A DNA stretch of 48,830 nt from a virus. Location of the stretch: IMG/VR virus record IMGVR_UViG_3300034069_000920, positions 1 to 48,830 of that record; one strand, 5' to 3'. The position numbers were made by a program, and so were the translations under genes. This document shows, piece after piece, positions 7,107-17,067 of the stretch; position 1 is the first letter of the stretch; each line of letters opens with the position of its first letter. The notes beneath the pieces were generated by a model. That model had not been told where the DNA came from, made no database searches, and saw only the letters and a list, made by a program, of their open reading frames with translations.

Positions 7107-9108
7107 GGCTGGCATATACGACGCCGGCTTCGCCACGCTTACTGCGGCTCTCTGCAAGGCACGTCGGGAAAATCTGCAACCGCCTCCGTCACTGACGCTA
7201 AGCCAGTGGGCCGGCAACTTCGCTGTATTGTCGCGCGAAACGAGCGCCCAGACCGGCCGGTTTCGCGCCTACGCCTATCAGGTCGGCATGATGGATGCGG
7301 TCACCGACCCGACCGTCACCCAGATTACTGTCATGAAGTCGGCGCGCGTCGGCTATACCAAGATCCTCGATCACATCATCGGGTATTACATCCACCAGGA
7401 TCCTAGTCCGATCCTGCTCGTGCAACCCCGCGTGGAGGACGCTGAGGATTACAGCTCGACCGAGATCGAGCCGATGCTGCGTGACACACCTGTCCTCGCC
7501 GCGATCACCGGTGACTTGAAGGCGAAGGACTCGAAGCAGAAGCTGCTGAAACGGGTTTTCCGCAACGGCGCATCAATCTCCTTCGTCGGCGCGAACAGCC
7601 CGGGCGGTTTTCGCCGTATCACCGCCCGGATCGTGCTTTTCGATGAGACGGACGGCTATCCAGTCGGCGGCGCTGGTAATGAGGGCGATCAGGTCAAGCT
7701 TGGCATTCGGCGCAGCCAGACGTTCTGGAATCGCAAGATCGTCCTTGGCAGCACTCCGACGGTCAAGGGCATGAGCAGGATCGAGAAATCGTTTCTGCAA
7801 AGTGATCAACGTCGGTGCTTCGTCCCCTGCCCTCACTGCGGTGAGCATCAGGTATTAGAATGGGGCGGCCCCGATACGCCGCACGGCATCAAATGGGACC
7901 GGGACGAGCATGGTGCGGGGCGCCCTGAGACGGCGCATTACGTTTGCTCCGCAAACGGCTGCATCATCGAGGAAGCGGACAAGCCCCGTATGCTGGCCGC
8001 CGCCGAATGGCGCGCGACGGCCCCCTTCACCGGGCACGCAGGGTTTCATATTTGGACAGGCTATAGCCTCGATCCGAACGCCTCTTGGCCGAACCTGGTC
8101 GGCGAATGGCTCGAGGTGATGAACGACCCGCTTACGCGGCAGACGTTCATCAACACCGTACTCGGTGAGCCGTACGAGGATCGCGGCGAGCTCGCACTCG
8201 GCGAGGCGAAGCTCCTTGCCAGGTGCGAGGTGTTCGAAGCGGAGGTGCCGAACGGCGTCGCGCTAATCACGGTCGGGATCGACACGCAGAACGATCGTCT
8301 CGAGGCCGAAGTCGTCGGATGGGGCCGCAACGAGGAATCTTGGTCGATCGCCTATGAGGTGTTCGATGGCGATCCAAACGATCCGGGAGTGTGGGACACC
8401 CTCGACGAGTTCTTGAAGCGTATCTGGTACCGAGCTGATGGGCGCGGCTTCAAGGTAGAGGCCGCCTGTATCGACACTGGCGGCAGCCGCACCGAGGCCG
8501 TCTACCAGTTTGCGAAGGCTCGGATCGGCCGCAAGATCTGGGGCATCCGCGGCGAACCGGCGCGGGGTGGTAAGCGGTCGCCGATTTGGCCATCGAAGAA
8601 GCCGACGCAGCGCACGCGCAAAACTTATCAGCCATTCACGATCGGTGTGAACGCAGCGAAAGACGTGATCCGCAACCGGCTCCACGCGGATACCCCAGGC
8701 CCGGGCTACATGCATTTCCCTACCGACCGCGACGTGAACTATTTCGCGCAGCTCACCGCCGAACGCTCGATCGTTAAGCAATCTGGCGGGCAACGATATC
8801 GTGTTTGGGAGTGCCCGCCCGGTCGCGCGAACGAAGCGCTTGACTGCCGAGTCTACGCCTATGCGGCGCTGGCGGGATTGATGCACTTCGGGCTGAAGCT
8901 CAACCGCTTGGTTGACCAGGTCGTGATCCAACACGAAGTGCGCCCGGACAGTCCTGATGCAGCCCCAGCCCCATCCCCTGCGCCGATTGATGCGCCCGGC
9001 GATGGTGGCGGCGGTCCCTCAGGTCCAACGATTCGATCAGGTCCAGAGACCGACCCACCGCGGCGCGTGACTGTAGGTAACAAATTGGCGAGGAGGTCAC
9101 TGTCATGA
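7081..9108 (+). CDS. Terminase large subunit, lambda gpA family
   Basis: 675 aa. It contains LTLSQWAGNFAVLSRETSAQTGRFRAYAYQVGMMDA...VMKSARVGYTKIL, a CxxC zinc motif (CPHCGEHQ), and GIDTQNDRLEAEVVGWG, all typical of GpA terminases. Confidence 0.9.
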   Translation: MTGSKRSPEAGIYDAGFATLTAALCKARRENLQPPPSLTLSQWAGNFAVLSRETSAQTGRFRAYAYQVGMMDAVTDPTVTQITVMKSARVGYTKILDHIIGYYIHQDPSPILLVQPRVEDAEDYSSTEIEPMLRDTPVLAAITGDLKAKDSKQKLLKRVFRNGASISFVGANSPGGFRRITARIVLFDETDGYPVGGAGNEGDQVKLGIRRSQTFWNRKIVLGSTPTVKGMSRIEKSFLQSDQRRCFVPCPHCGEHQVLEWGGPDTPHGIKWDRDEHGAGRPETAHYVCSANGCIIEEADKPRMLAAAEWRATAPFTGHAGFHIWTGYSLDPNASWPNLVGEWLEVMNDPLTRQTFINTVLGEPYEDRGELALGEAKLLARCEVFEAEVPNGVALITVGIDTQNDRLEAEVVGWGRNEESWSIAYEVFDGDPNDPGVWDTLDEFLKRIWYRADGRGFKVEAACIDTGGSRTEAVYQFAKARIGRKIWGIRGEPARGGKRSPIWPSKKPTQRTRKTYQPFTIGVNAAKDVIRNRLHADTPGPGYMHFPTDRDVNYFAQLTAERSIVKQSGGQRYRVWECPPGRANEALDCRVYAYAALAGLMHFGLKLNRLVDQVVIQHEVRPDSPDAAPAPSPAPIDAPGDGGGGPSGPTIRSGPETDPPRRVTVGNKLARRSLS

Positions 9109-9350
9109 GCGCTTTCGCCGGCATGCCCGTAGAGCAGTTGCGCGCCGCGCTTGCCAGTGCTCAGGCTGCGTTGATCGATCTCCAGACGGGCAAGGCGTTC
9201 TCGAGCCTATCCTATACGCAGGGCGACGGTTCCAAGTCGGTGACGAGGCGCGTTTCCAGCGTTGCCGAGGTGACGGCGCTGATCGCGCAGCTGCAGCGCG
9301 CCCTCGGGATCGGCGGTCGGCGCCGGATGATCGGCTTCGTGTTCCGGTGA
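9105..9350 (+). CDS. Head-tail joining protein, lambda gpW-like
   Basis: 81 aa lying between terminase and portal as in lambda. It has an ATGA overlap upstream and contains LIDLQTGKAFSSLSYTQGDGSKSVTRRVSSVAEVTALIAQLQ. Confidence 0.7.
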   Translation: MSAFAGMPVEQLRAALASAQAALIDLQTGKAFSSLSYTQGDGSKSVTRRVSSVAEVTALIAQLQRALGIGGRRRMIGFVFR

Positions 9351-10987
9351 ACGAAGCGGTTCGAATCCTTGATGCCAGCGGACGGCCGATGGAGCGCATA
9401 CGCCCTAAAGCGCTCGTCGGTGGTCAGAACGTCCCCTATGATGCCGCCGATCGTACCGGCGCGCATATGGCGGACTGGCAGCCATATCTGTGGTCGGCCG
9501 ACGGCGAGCTCAACCCATGGCGCGACACGATCGTCGCGCGCATGCGAGACTTGGTGAAAAACGACGGCTGGTCATCCGGCGCGATCACCCGCATTCTCGA
9601 CAATGCAGTCGGCGCGAATTTCCGGCCGATCTTCAAGCCAGATTTCAAAGCCCTCGCCTATTACTCGGGGATCCAGGGCTTCGATGCGCAGTGGGCCTAT
9701 GAGTATTCGAAGGCGCTTGATGCGAGCTATCGCACCTGGGCGCTGAGCGATGGTCGCTGGTGCGACGTCCAGCGCCGGCAGACTGCGCCGCAGATGTACC
9801 GCCTCGGCTTCCGGCACAAGCTGGTCGACGGCGATGCGCTTGCGATGATGCAATGGCGTTCGGATCGCCTCGGCTATGGCCGCGCGCGCTATGCGACCGC
9901 TGTGCAGGTGATCGACCCCGACCGCCTCTCGAACCCGCAGCTGTTTTTCGACCAGACCTACATGCGCGGTGGCGTCGAGGTCGATGACGACAACGTGACG
10001 GTGGCTTATCACATCCGCGCCGCGCACCAAGGTGACTGGTGGTCGGCTGGTAAGAGCCTGCGCTGGGACCGGATCGAGCGCGAGACCGAGTTCGGTCGAC
10101 CGATCATCGTCCACGACTTCGACATCGAGCGTGCGGATCAGCATCGCGGCGGCGCTGGCATCCTTGCCCCGGTCATGCAGCGGGTGAAGATGCTGTTTCG
10201 CGCCGACACCGCCGAGCTTGATGCGACGATCCTGAACTCGATCTTCGGCGCGTGGCTTGAGAGCCCGTTCGACCAGGAGTTCGCTGAAGAGACATTCACC
10301 GGCGGTGAGAACATCGGGAATTATCAGGACGCGCGCATGTCCTACCACGAGGACGCGCGCATCAGGATCCCCGGCGCTGGATCGGGGCTGCCGAAGCTCT
10401 TCCCTGGCGAGGCAGTCAAGCAGCTCAACACGGCGCGGCCGAGCGCGAACTATCCCGTTTTCCAGAAGGCGGCGCTGCGCAACATCGCGCAGGCGGCTGG
10501 CCTTTCGGCGCAGCAGGTCAGCAACGACTGGTCGGACGTCAACTATTCGAGTGCGCGCGGCGCTATGCTCGAGTTCTGGAAGACGATGACGCGCCGGAAA
10601 GATGATTTCGGCAGCGGGTTCGTGATGCCTATCATCACCTGTTTCGTGGAAGAGGCGCACGAGGTCGATGACCTTCCCCTTCCCCGCGGTGCGCCGGACT
10701 TCGCCGAGTTCCGCGAGGCATATTCTCGCGCCAAGCTGATCGGACCTGGACGTGGTTGGATCGATCCGGTGAACGAGGTGAAGGGCGCGATCCTCGGCAT
10801 GGACAGCGCGCTGATGGATTACGATGAGCTCTGCGCCGAGCAGGGAATTGACGGCGACGACATGATCGCCATGCGCGCGCAGACCATCAAGCGTTTCAAG
10901 GATGCCGGTGTGCCGCTGCCTACCTGGGCGGGGATCGCGCCCGGCGAAAGCGCCAGCAAGTCTATCACGGACCCGGAGGCGCAATGA
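9347..10987 (+). CDS. Portal protein, lambda gpB family
   Basis: 546 aa. It has a GTGA overlap with gpW-like, and its position and length match lambda-family portals. Confidence 0.85.
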   Translation: MNEAVRILDASGRPMERIRPKALVGGQNVPYDAADRTGAHMADWQPYLWSADGELNPWRDTIVARMRDLVKNDGWSSGAITRILDNAVGANFRPIFKPDFKALAYYSGIQGFDAQWAYEYSKALDASYRTWALSDGRWCDVQRRQTAPQMYRLGFRHKLVDGDALAMMQWRSDRLGYGRARYATAVQVIDPDRLSNPQLFFDQTYMRGGVEVDDDNVTVAYHIRAAHQGDWWSAGKSLRWDRIERETEFGRPIIVHDFDIERADQHRGGAGILAPVMQRVKMLFRADTAELDATILNSIFGAWLESPFDQEFAEETFTGGENIGNYQDARMSYHEDARIRIPGAGSGLPKLFPGEAVKQLNTARPSANYPVFQKAALRNIAQAAGLSAQQVSNDWSDVNYSSARGAMLEFWKTMTRRKDDFGSGFVMPIITCFVEEAHEVDDLPLPRGAPDFAEFREAYSRAKLIGPGRGWIDPVNEVKGAILGMDSALMDYDELCAEQGIDGDDMIAMRAQTIKRFKDAGVPLPTWAGIAPGESASKSITDPEAQ

Positions 10988-11880
10988 CGCAGCAATTTGC
11001 CCATCTCGCCACGCGGCTGTTCAACACCCCGCTTGCGATCCATCCGCGCAAGGCTGAGATCGCGATGGGCGCGCTCGCCGAGCGTCTTGGCATCGCGAGC
11101 ATGACACGACTTGGCGGTCGCCCTGTTCCGGCTATGGCGTGGGACGACGATGATGACGTCGTGTTCTCCGGCTCGCGTGGGACGCGCACTGCGGATGCTG
11201 GCTACGACGTGCTGAACGGCGTTGCGGTGATCCCCATTACAGGAACGCTCGTCCACAAGCTCGGCTCGCTCCGCCCCTTTTCGGGAATGACCGGATATGA
11301 CGGCATCCGGCAGGCATGGCTGACCGCGCAGGACGACCCCGACGTCAAGGCCATCGCCGAGATTTACGACAGTGGCGGCGGTGAAGTGGCGGGCTGCGCG
11401 GACCTCTACGACACAAAGATGGCGATGCGCGGGAACAAGCCGACATGGGCGATCCTGTCGGAGAGCGCCTATTCGGCGGCATATTGGCTGGCCTCGGCTG
11501 CGGATAAGGTAATCGTACCGCGCACCGGCGGAACCGGTTCGATCGGCATCATCTGCATGCATGTCGACATGTCGGAGGCGCTGACCACAGCTGGGCTGCG
11601 CGTTACCTTCATCACATCCGCGGGGGCCGATCGGAAGACCGATGGTCATTCCGAGATCCCTCTGAGCGTCGATGCTCTGGCCGCATTCAAGGTCGAGATC
11701 GATGCCATGGGTGAGATTTTCTATGACGCCGTCGCCAAGGCGCGCGGTCTCACCACCGAACAGGTGCGCGGGTTCAAGGCCGGCACCTTCATGGGCGCCG
11801 CTGGCGTCACGGCAGGCCTCGCCGATGCCGTGATGGCGCCCGAGCAGGCCTTCGCCGCGCTCCTCGCCGAAGTCGCCTGA
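10984..11880 (+). CDS. Head maturation protease, S49 (SppA/ClpP-like; lambda gpC-type)
   Basis: Contains VAVIPITGTLV..., DPDVKAIAEIYDSGGGEVAG and AYSAAYWLASAADKVIVPRTGGTGSIGI, which are S49 peptidase signatures. It has an ATGA overlap with the portal gene. Confidence 0.85.
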   Translation: MTQQFAHLATRLFNTPLAIHPRKAEIAMGALAERLGIASMTRLGGRPVPAMAWDDDDDVVFSGSRGTRTADAGYDVLNGVAVIPITGTLVHKLGSLRPFSGMTGYDGIRQAWLTAQDDPDVKAIAEIYDSGGGEVAGCADLYDTKMAMRGNKPTWAILSESAYSAAYWLASAADKVIVPRTGGTGSIGIICMHVDMSEALTTAGLRVTFITSAGADRKTDGHSEIPLSVDALAAFKVEIDAMGEIFYDAVAKARGLTTEQVRGFKAGTFMGAAGVTAGLADAVMAPEQAFAALLAEVA

Positions 11881-11899
11881 CACCAACCGGAGAACACCG

Positions 11900-12526
11900 A
11901 TGTCGAAGACCAACCCGTTCGCCGGCCTGATGGCCGGCTTCCGTGGCGCGCGCGCCGAAGACGAAACTCCCGACGACGAATCCGCCGCGCGCGCCGCGCG
12001 CCGCGCCGAGGAAGACGAGCAGCGCGAAAAGGAAGATGCGCGCCGCGCCGAAGAGGACGCCCGCCGGGCGGAGGAGGACGGCCCCGGTGAGTCGGATGAA
12101 ACCGACGGCAAGAAGGGGAAGAAGGGCAAGAAGGCCGAGGACGACGATCAGGACCCCGAAGCCGACGCCAGCGATGATGAGGACAGCGCCGAAGAGGGCA
12201 TGGACGACAAGGAGGCCAAAGCATTCCGTCGCGGCCTCGCGATCGGTCGCGCGCGCGAAAACGCCCGCGGGTCGCGTATCTTCCTCGCCGCTGCTGAAAC
12301 CGGTCGTCCCGATCTCGCCGCCACGCTCGCCTTCACCACGCGCAATACCAGCGCCGAGGCCGGTCGGCTGATGGGCGTTGCCGGCGCAGCGCCCCGCGCG
12401 CGAGGCCGGCTCGACGAGCGCATGAACAATCGACCCGAACCGCGCCCGGGTGCCGGCGGTGGCCAGGCGGCGAAGCCCACGTTCGGCGAACGTGCTGCCG
12501 CAGCGGTCGCGAAGATCCGCGGCTGA
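11900..12526 (+). CDS. Acidic low-complexity protein (scaffold candidate)
   Basis: 208 aa with ARRAEED repeats and a D/E-rich centre. It lies between the protease and the decoration/capsid genes. A GGAG RBS is present. Confidence 0.45.
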   Translation: MSKTNPFAGLMAGFRGARAEDETPDDESAARAARRAEEDEQREKEDARRAEEDARRAEEDGPGESDETDGKKGKKGKKAEDDDQDPEADASDDEDSAEEGMDDKEAKAFRRGLAIGRARENARGSRIFLAAAETGRPDLAATLAFTTRNTSAEAGRLMGVAGAAPRARGRLDERMNNRPEPRPGAGGGQAAKPTFGERAAAAVAKIRG

Positions 12527-12564
12527 TCCCTGCCCCTCCCCTCTTCTGAACAGGAGACGTCATC

Positions 12565-12984
12565 GTGACCCTCACCCCGACCCCATATTACAATTCGCCG
12601 TTCCAGCCCGGTGTTACGCAGGACGCATTCCTGCCCGACCAGCTGATCGGCGGCGACCTCAAGATCGTCACCCATGCCGGGCGGACGCTGCTCGCAGGCC
12701 AGTATTACAAGCGCGGCACCGTGCTCGGCCGCATCACCGCCAGCGGCAAGTACACCACCGCGCTCAGCGCCGCGAGCGATGGGTCGCAAACGCCGGTCGC
12801 TATCCTGGTGGATGACGTCGACGCCACCCTCGCGGACGCGCTGGGCGGCATCTACGCCATGGGCGAGTTCAACGAGAACGCCGTCATCCTCGGCACCGGC
12901 ATCACGCTCGCCGCCGCCAAGGCCGCTCTTGAGGTCCAGAACATCTACCTCAAGGGCGCGCTGACCGCGTCCGACCCGAGCTGA
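12565..12984 (+). CDS. Head decoration protein (lambda gpD-like)
   Basis: 139 aa with a GTG start and a GGAG RBS. Contains DQLIGGDLKIVTHAGRTLLAGQYYKRGTVLGRIT...AILVDDVD...IYAMGEFNENAV, and lies directly upstream of the gpE-type capsid gene. Confidence 0.75.
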   Translation: MTLTPTPYYNSPFQPGVTQDAFLPDQLIGGDLKIVTHAGRTLLAGQYYKRGTVLGRITASGKYTTALSAASDGSQTPVAILVDDVDATLADALGGIYAMGEFNENAVILGTGITLAAAKAALEVQNIYLKGALTASDPS

Positions 12985-13010
12985 TCCCGCAGCGCGACCC
13001 GTAGACTTTC

Positions 13011-13032
13011 GCCCGCCGTTGCGCGGGCTTTT
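13011..13032 (+). terminator. Terminator-like hairpin between the decoration and capsid genes (possible attenuator)
   Basis: A GCCCGC (13011-16) / GCGGGC (13023-28) stem with a 6-nt loop is followed by TTTT (13029-32). Confidence 0.35.
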
Positions 13033-13046
13033 CAGGAGCCCACCCA

Positions 13047-14120
13047 ATGGCCGATAATCTGAGCTATACGACCGCAGAGCTTGTCCAGGTCGTTCCCAAC
13101 CTCAAGACCTCGCAGAACTTCCTGCTCGACCGGTATTTCGGCAACATCATCGAATACGATACCGAGGAGGTCGCGATCGACATCGACGTCGGTCTGCGCC
13201 GCATGTCGCCGTTCGTTTCCCCGCTTGTCGAGGGCAAGTTGGTCGAGCAGCGCAAGTTCATCACCAACAAGTTCAAGCCGCCCTACATCAAGGACAAGCG
13301 GGTACCGGACGTGCGCAAGCCGGTCCGACGCGCGATCGGCGAGCGGATCGGCGGCGGTGAGTTCACCGCCGAAGAGCGGATGATGGCGAACCTTCAGTTC
13401 GAGATGGAAGACCAGGTCGACATGGTCAACCGCCGGCTCGAGTGGATGGCGGCGTCTGCGCTGACCACCGGCACCGTCACCATCGCCGGCGATGGCTTCC
13501 AGACTGCCGTGATCGACTTCGGTCGCTCTTCGACGCTGACGATTGCGCTGACCGGCGCCAACAAATGGGGCGCGACGCTCAACTCCGCCGGCCGCGATAC
13601 CAACATCGTCGGCCAGATTGATGCCTTTGGTTCGCGTATCCTGAAGCTGTCGGGCGCAGTCGCGACCGATATCATCTTCACCAACTCGTCTTGGGCGCGC
13701 TTCCTGCAGGCCGAGGGGGTTCAGGGTGCCATCCAGTATCCGACCCTCGCCGTTGATGGCAACACGCTCAACCCTGGCTCGCAGATCAAGAAGGGCGCGA
13801 TCTACAAGGGCAAGTGGGGCCAGTATGACCTGTGGCTCTACAACGATTGGTACATCGATTCGAACAATGTCGAGCAGCCGATGCTGGCCGACGGTTCGAT
13901 CCTGATAACCGGCCCCGAGCTGCTCGGCACGCGTGCGTTCGGCATGATCATCGACCCGAGCTTCGCGTACAAGGCGATGGCCTATGCGCCGAAGACCTGG
14001 ATCCAGCAGGATCCGGCGCAGCAGATCATGATGATGCAGTCGGCGCCGCTGGTCATCCCGAGCCGCGTAAATGTCAGCCTGTGCGCGGTCGTCTGCGATC
14101 CGATCATCCAGAGCTTCTGA
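13047..14120 (+). CDS. Major capsid protein, lambda gpE family
   Basis: 357 aa. LVQVVPNLKTSQNFLLDRYFGNIIEYDTEEVAIDIDVGLRRMSPFVSPLVEGK is typical of the Phage_cap_E N-terminus. An AGGAG RBS is present. Confidence 0.9.
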   Translation: MADNLSYTTAELVQVVPNLKTSQNFLLDRYFGNIIEYDTEEVAIDIDVGLRRMSPFVSPLVEGKLVEQRKFITNKFKPPYIKDKRVPDVRKPVRRAIGERIGGGEFTAEERMMANLQFEMEDQVDMVNRRLEWMAASALTTGTVTIAGDGFQTAVIDFGRSSTLTIALTGANKWGATLNSAGRDTNIVGQIDAFGSRILKLSGAVATDIIFTNSSWARFLQAEGVQGAIQYPTLAVDGNTLNPGSQIKKGAIYKGKWGQYDLWLYNDWYIDSNNVEQPMLADGSILITGPELLGTRAFGMIIDPSFAYKAMAYAPKTWIQQDPAQQIMMMQSAPLVIPSRVNVSLCAVVCDPIIQSF

Positions 14121-14174
14121 TCCAACGGCGCGGCCTCGCGCCGCGCTGTCCACCCGCATCGAAAGGAGGCCATC

Positions 14175-14453
14175 ATGGCCGATACGACCGACAAGACCGC
14201 CAAGCCGGTGACGAACGCCACCTCGATCGTCGCCAAGACTGACGACGCCGTGACGGCGACCGCTGGCGAGTACACCGTTGCCCCCGGCCGCACCGTCGAC
14301 GGGAAGGGCCCCGGCCAGACCGTGAAGCTCGACGACAACGACGCGCTCCGCATGCTCGAGCTCGGTTTCATCCTTGATACCGATGGTGCGGTGGTGATCC
14401 GCGCTGACGGGCCAGCGGTGAACGTCGAAGACGGCGTGCAGGTCAAGGCCTGA
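14175..14453 (+). CDS. Hypothetical head-associated protein
   Basis: 92-aa ORF with an AAGGAGG RBS and high GC3. Confidence 0.5.
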   Translation: MADTTDKTAKPVTNATSIVAKTDDAVTATAGEYTVAPGRTVDGKGPGQTVKLDDNDALRMLELGFILDTDGAVVIRADGPAVNVEDGVQVKA

Positions 14454-14456
14454 TCC

Positions 14457-14807
14457 ATGTCAATCGACTGGGATGCACTCGTCCTCTCGCCTGTGATGGC
14501 AGTGTTCGGCGAAGGCATCCCAATCGATGACCTAAGCCTCCCGCTTTATACGCCGCGCGGCCTCGCCCCCTTCCGGCTTGCTGATGCGGTGTTCGACCGG
14601 GCCTATGCCGAAGTAGTGCTCGACCCCGACGTCGGTGAGGTTACGAACCGCAAGCCCTGCCTCGGCGTGCGCGTATCGCTCTTTCCTCGCCCGCCAGCGC
14701 AGAATGACACGGTCTACATCCCGAGCGTCGACATCACGTTCGTGGTGAAGGATGTTCAAGCGGACGGCCACGGCCACGCCAAGCTCTTGCTGATGGCGAC
14801 ATCATGA
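14457..14807 (+). CDS. Putative head-tail adaptor/connector protein
   Basis: 116 aa, lying between the head and tail modules. It has an ATGA overlap with the next gene. Confidence 0.45.
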   Translation: MSIDWDALVLSPVMAVFGEGIPIDDLSLPLYTPRGLAPFRLADAVFDRAYAEVVLDPDVGEVTNRKPCLGVRVSLFPRPPAQNDTVYIPSVDITFVVKDVQADGHGHAKLLLMATS

Positions 14808-15355
14808 TCGCCTGCGCCTCCGATATTCTCGACATGGTCGTTGCGGCGATCACGCAGCCCAACGCCACCGATGCGGAAGATCGCATCTTTCGGCCTGGCG
14901 ATTGGCCATCACAGGATGGTCAATATCCGCTCATCAAACTTCGCGTGCCGCGCGAGTTCAAGCAATCGACCGGACGCAGCGGTGCGTTCGAGTTCACGGT
15001 CACCACGACAGTCCGCTTTGAGGGGCAGGTATCCGCCCCTGCGCAGGTCGATGACGGCGGCGCCGCGGCGGTCGAGATGCAACTCTGGCGGCTCGCGCGG
15101 CAGATCGAGATCGCCGTGATCGGCTCCTATCCGCTTGGCGCGGAAATCCAGAACATCGCGACGGTCGATACCCAGCTTGCCTATAGCTCGGATAGCGAAA
15201 CGCATCTCGCCGGCGTCCAAATCGACCTGTCGATCGAGTGGTTCGCCGACGCCGAGATATTCGCACCGGTGCAGGCTGACCCGATCGCCGAAATACACCT
15301 TGAGGCCAGCCGCTTCCCTGACGGCCCCGGCTTCACCGTCGAACTCCCGCAATAG
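14804..15355 (+). CDS. Putative neck/tail-terminator protein
   Basis: 183 aa, lying immediately before the Mu-type tail genes. The call is based on position only. Confidence 0.45.
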   Translation: MIACASDILDMVVAAITQPNATDAEDRIFRPGDWPSQDGQYPLIKLRVPREFKQSTGRSGAFEFTVTTTVRFEGQVSAPAQVDDGGAAAVEMQLWRLARQIEIAVIGSYPLGAEIQNIATVDTQLAYSSDSETHLAGVQIDLSIEWFADAEIFAPVQADPIAEIHLEASRFPDGPGFTVELPQ

Positions 15356-15363
15356 GAGCGTAC

Positions 15364-15543
15364 ATGCGCGTCGTCCCTGCCCCCGATCGCCTCGTCCGCG
15401 ATCCTCAAACCGGCCGCCAGGTCGATGCCGACGGCATCACCATCGAGCCAACCGACCTCTATTGGGCGCGCCTGCTCGCCGACGGTGACGTCGTGGAGGC
15501 ACCTGCCGACCCGGCGCCGAGCGCGCCCAGCAAGGAGCGCTGA
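15364..15543 (+). CDS. DUF2635-like protein (Mu gp38-like; 59 aa, below the ORF-track cutoff)
   Basis: Read from sequence: MRVVPAPDRLVRDPQTGRQVDADGITIEPTDLYWARLLADGDVVEA... An AGGAG RBS is present. The gene directly precedes the sheath gene, as in Mu-like tails. Confidence 0.6.
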   Translation: MRVVPAPDRLVRDPQTGRQVDADGITIEPTDLYWARLLADGDVVEAPADPAPSAPSKER

Positions 15544-15546
15544 TCC

Positions 15547-17055
15547 ATGACGATTCCGTTCAAGAACATCCCGGCGAACGTCCGCACCCCACTGTTCTAT
15601 GCGGAGCTCGACAATAGCCAGGCGAACACCGCCGCGCAGTCGCAGCGCACGCTGATCATCGCGCAGATGACGCAGGTGGGCACCGCCACCCCGAACGTAC
15701 CGGTCAAGGCGTTTGGCCAAGCGCGCGCGCTTGGCGGAGCGGGTTCGGTGCTGGCGCTAATGGCGGCCGTATACGGCGCAAATGATCCGACCGGCGACGT
15801 ATGGCTCCTGCCGCTGGCTGATGATGCATCCGCCACGGCGGCGACTGGAACCCTGACGTTCACCGGCCCCACGACGGCGGCCGGTATCTTATCGCTGTAT
15901 ATCGGTGCCTCGCCGCTCAACCCCTCGGTGGTCGGGCTACCGCAGGCACTCGCAATTCCGCTTGCGACCGCGCAGACCGCAGCGCAGGTGGCGACAACTG
16001 TCGCCGCGCTGATCAACTCCGCAATCGACCTGCCGGTAACCGCTTCGGCAGCCGCATCGGTGGTCACGCTGACAGCCAAGAACAAAGGCCTTTGCGGCAA
16101 CGATATCGGCATCGCGGCGAACTTCCGGGGCGCCATCATGGGCGAGGCTTTGCCAGCAGGCTTGGGCGTCGCGATCGTGCCGATGTCGGGCGGAACCATC
16201 AATCCGACGCTTACCACGGCGCTCGCCAGTCTGACCGACATGCCCTTCGACTTCATCGTCATGGGCGTCAACGATCCTACGTCCGCAACGGCGATCAAGG
16301 CATTCCTCAACGACAGTACTGGCCGGTGGTCTTGGTCGAAGCAGCTGTTCGGCCATGCCTTCTACGGGTTCACCGGCACACAGGGTGCGGCGGCATCCTA
16401 TGCTGCTGCAATGAACGATCAGCATGCGCTGGTTCTCCCGCAACAGGGTAGCCCTACCCCTTCATGGCTCTGGATCGCATGGGCTGTAGGCCTCGCCGCA
16501 CCGAGCTTGCGTGCGGATCCGGGGCTGCCGCTGCAGACGCTCTCTGGCACCGGCGTTCTCGCGCCGCCCATCGCATCGCGCTTCGACATCACGATCCGCA
16601 ACATGCTACTCTATTCGGGCTGCTCGACGTTCACGGTCGACACGACCGGCACCGTGGCGCTCGAGCGCATGATCACCACATACGTGACCAACCCACAGGG
16701 TCAGCCCGACAACAGCTATCTCAAGCTGACCACGATGTTCCTGCTCATGTATGCCATCCGGCGCATGCGCGACATGGTGCAGCGGAAATATGCTCGCAGG
16801 AAGCTGGCTGCATCCGGCACGCGCGCGCTGCCCGGGACGAACGTCGTCACGCCGAACACGATTCGGGCCGATATCATCGCCGAATATCGCGCCATGGAGG
16901 CTGATGGTTTCGTGCAGGGGTCGGACACGTTTGCTGCGAACCTCGTCGTCGAGAAGAATGCCGGCAACCCCGATCGTGTCGATGTTCTGTACCCGGCGAT
17001 CTTCGTCGATGAGCTCGATGTTCTCGCAATGCTCGTCCAGTTCCGCCAGCAATAA
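15547..17055 (+). CDS. Contractile tail sheath protein (Mu gpL-like)
   Basis: 502 aa. The N-terminus IPFKNIPANVRTPLFYAELDNSQA...RTLIIAQM and the overall length match Mu-type sheaths. Confidence 0.85.
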   Translation: MTIPFKNIPANVRTPLFYAELDNSQANTAAQSQRTLIIAQMTQVGTATPNVPVKAFGQARALGGAGSVLALMAAVYGANDPTGDVWLLPLADDASATAATGTLTFTGPTTAAGILSLYIGASPLNPSVVGLPQALAIPLATAQTAAQVATTVAALINSAIDLPVTASAAASVVTLTAKNKGLCGNDIGIAANFRGAIMGEALPAGLGVAIVPMSGGTINPTLTTALASLTDMPFDFIVMGVNDPTSATAIKAFLNDSTGRWSWSKQLFGHAFYGFTGTQGAAASYAAAMNDQHALVLPQQGSPTPSWLWIAWAVGLAAPSLRADPGLPLQTLSGTGVLAPPIASRFDITIRNMLLYSGCSTFTVDTTGTVALERMITTYVTNPQGQPDNSYLKLTTMFLLMYAIRRMRDMVQRKYARRKLAASGTRALPGTNVVTPNTIRADIIAEYRAMEADGFVQGSDTFAANLVVEKNAGNPDRVDVLYPAIFVDELDVLAMLVQFRQQ

Positions 17056-17067
17056 GGGATCGATCCA

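Noticed and set aside
11960-12200. Repetitive GAAGAGGAC/GCGCGCCGC-rich DNA that could look like a tandem repeat or array.
   Set aside because: It is codon-level low complexity that encodes ARRAEED/acidic repeats within one ORF. There is no spacer-repeat periodicity. No CRISPR array is present anywhere in the window.
14126-14143. GC-rich hairpins without U tracts. They are CGGCGCG-GCCT-CGCGCCG after the capsid gene, GGGGCTG-CGAT-CAGCCCC at 31695-31712, and GACCGGC-GCG-GCCGGTC at 48307-48323.
   Set aside because: The stems are perfect 7-bp stems, but none is followed by a T run. They were not called terminators and may be RNA-stability or processing elements.
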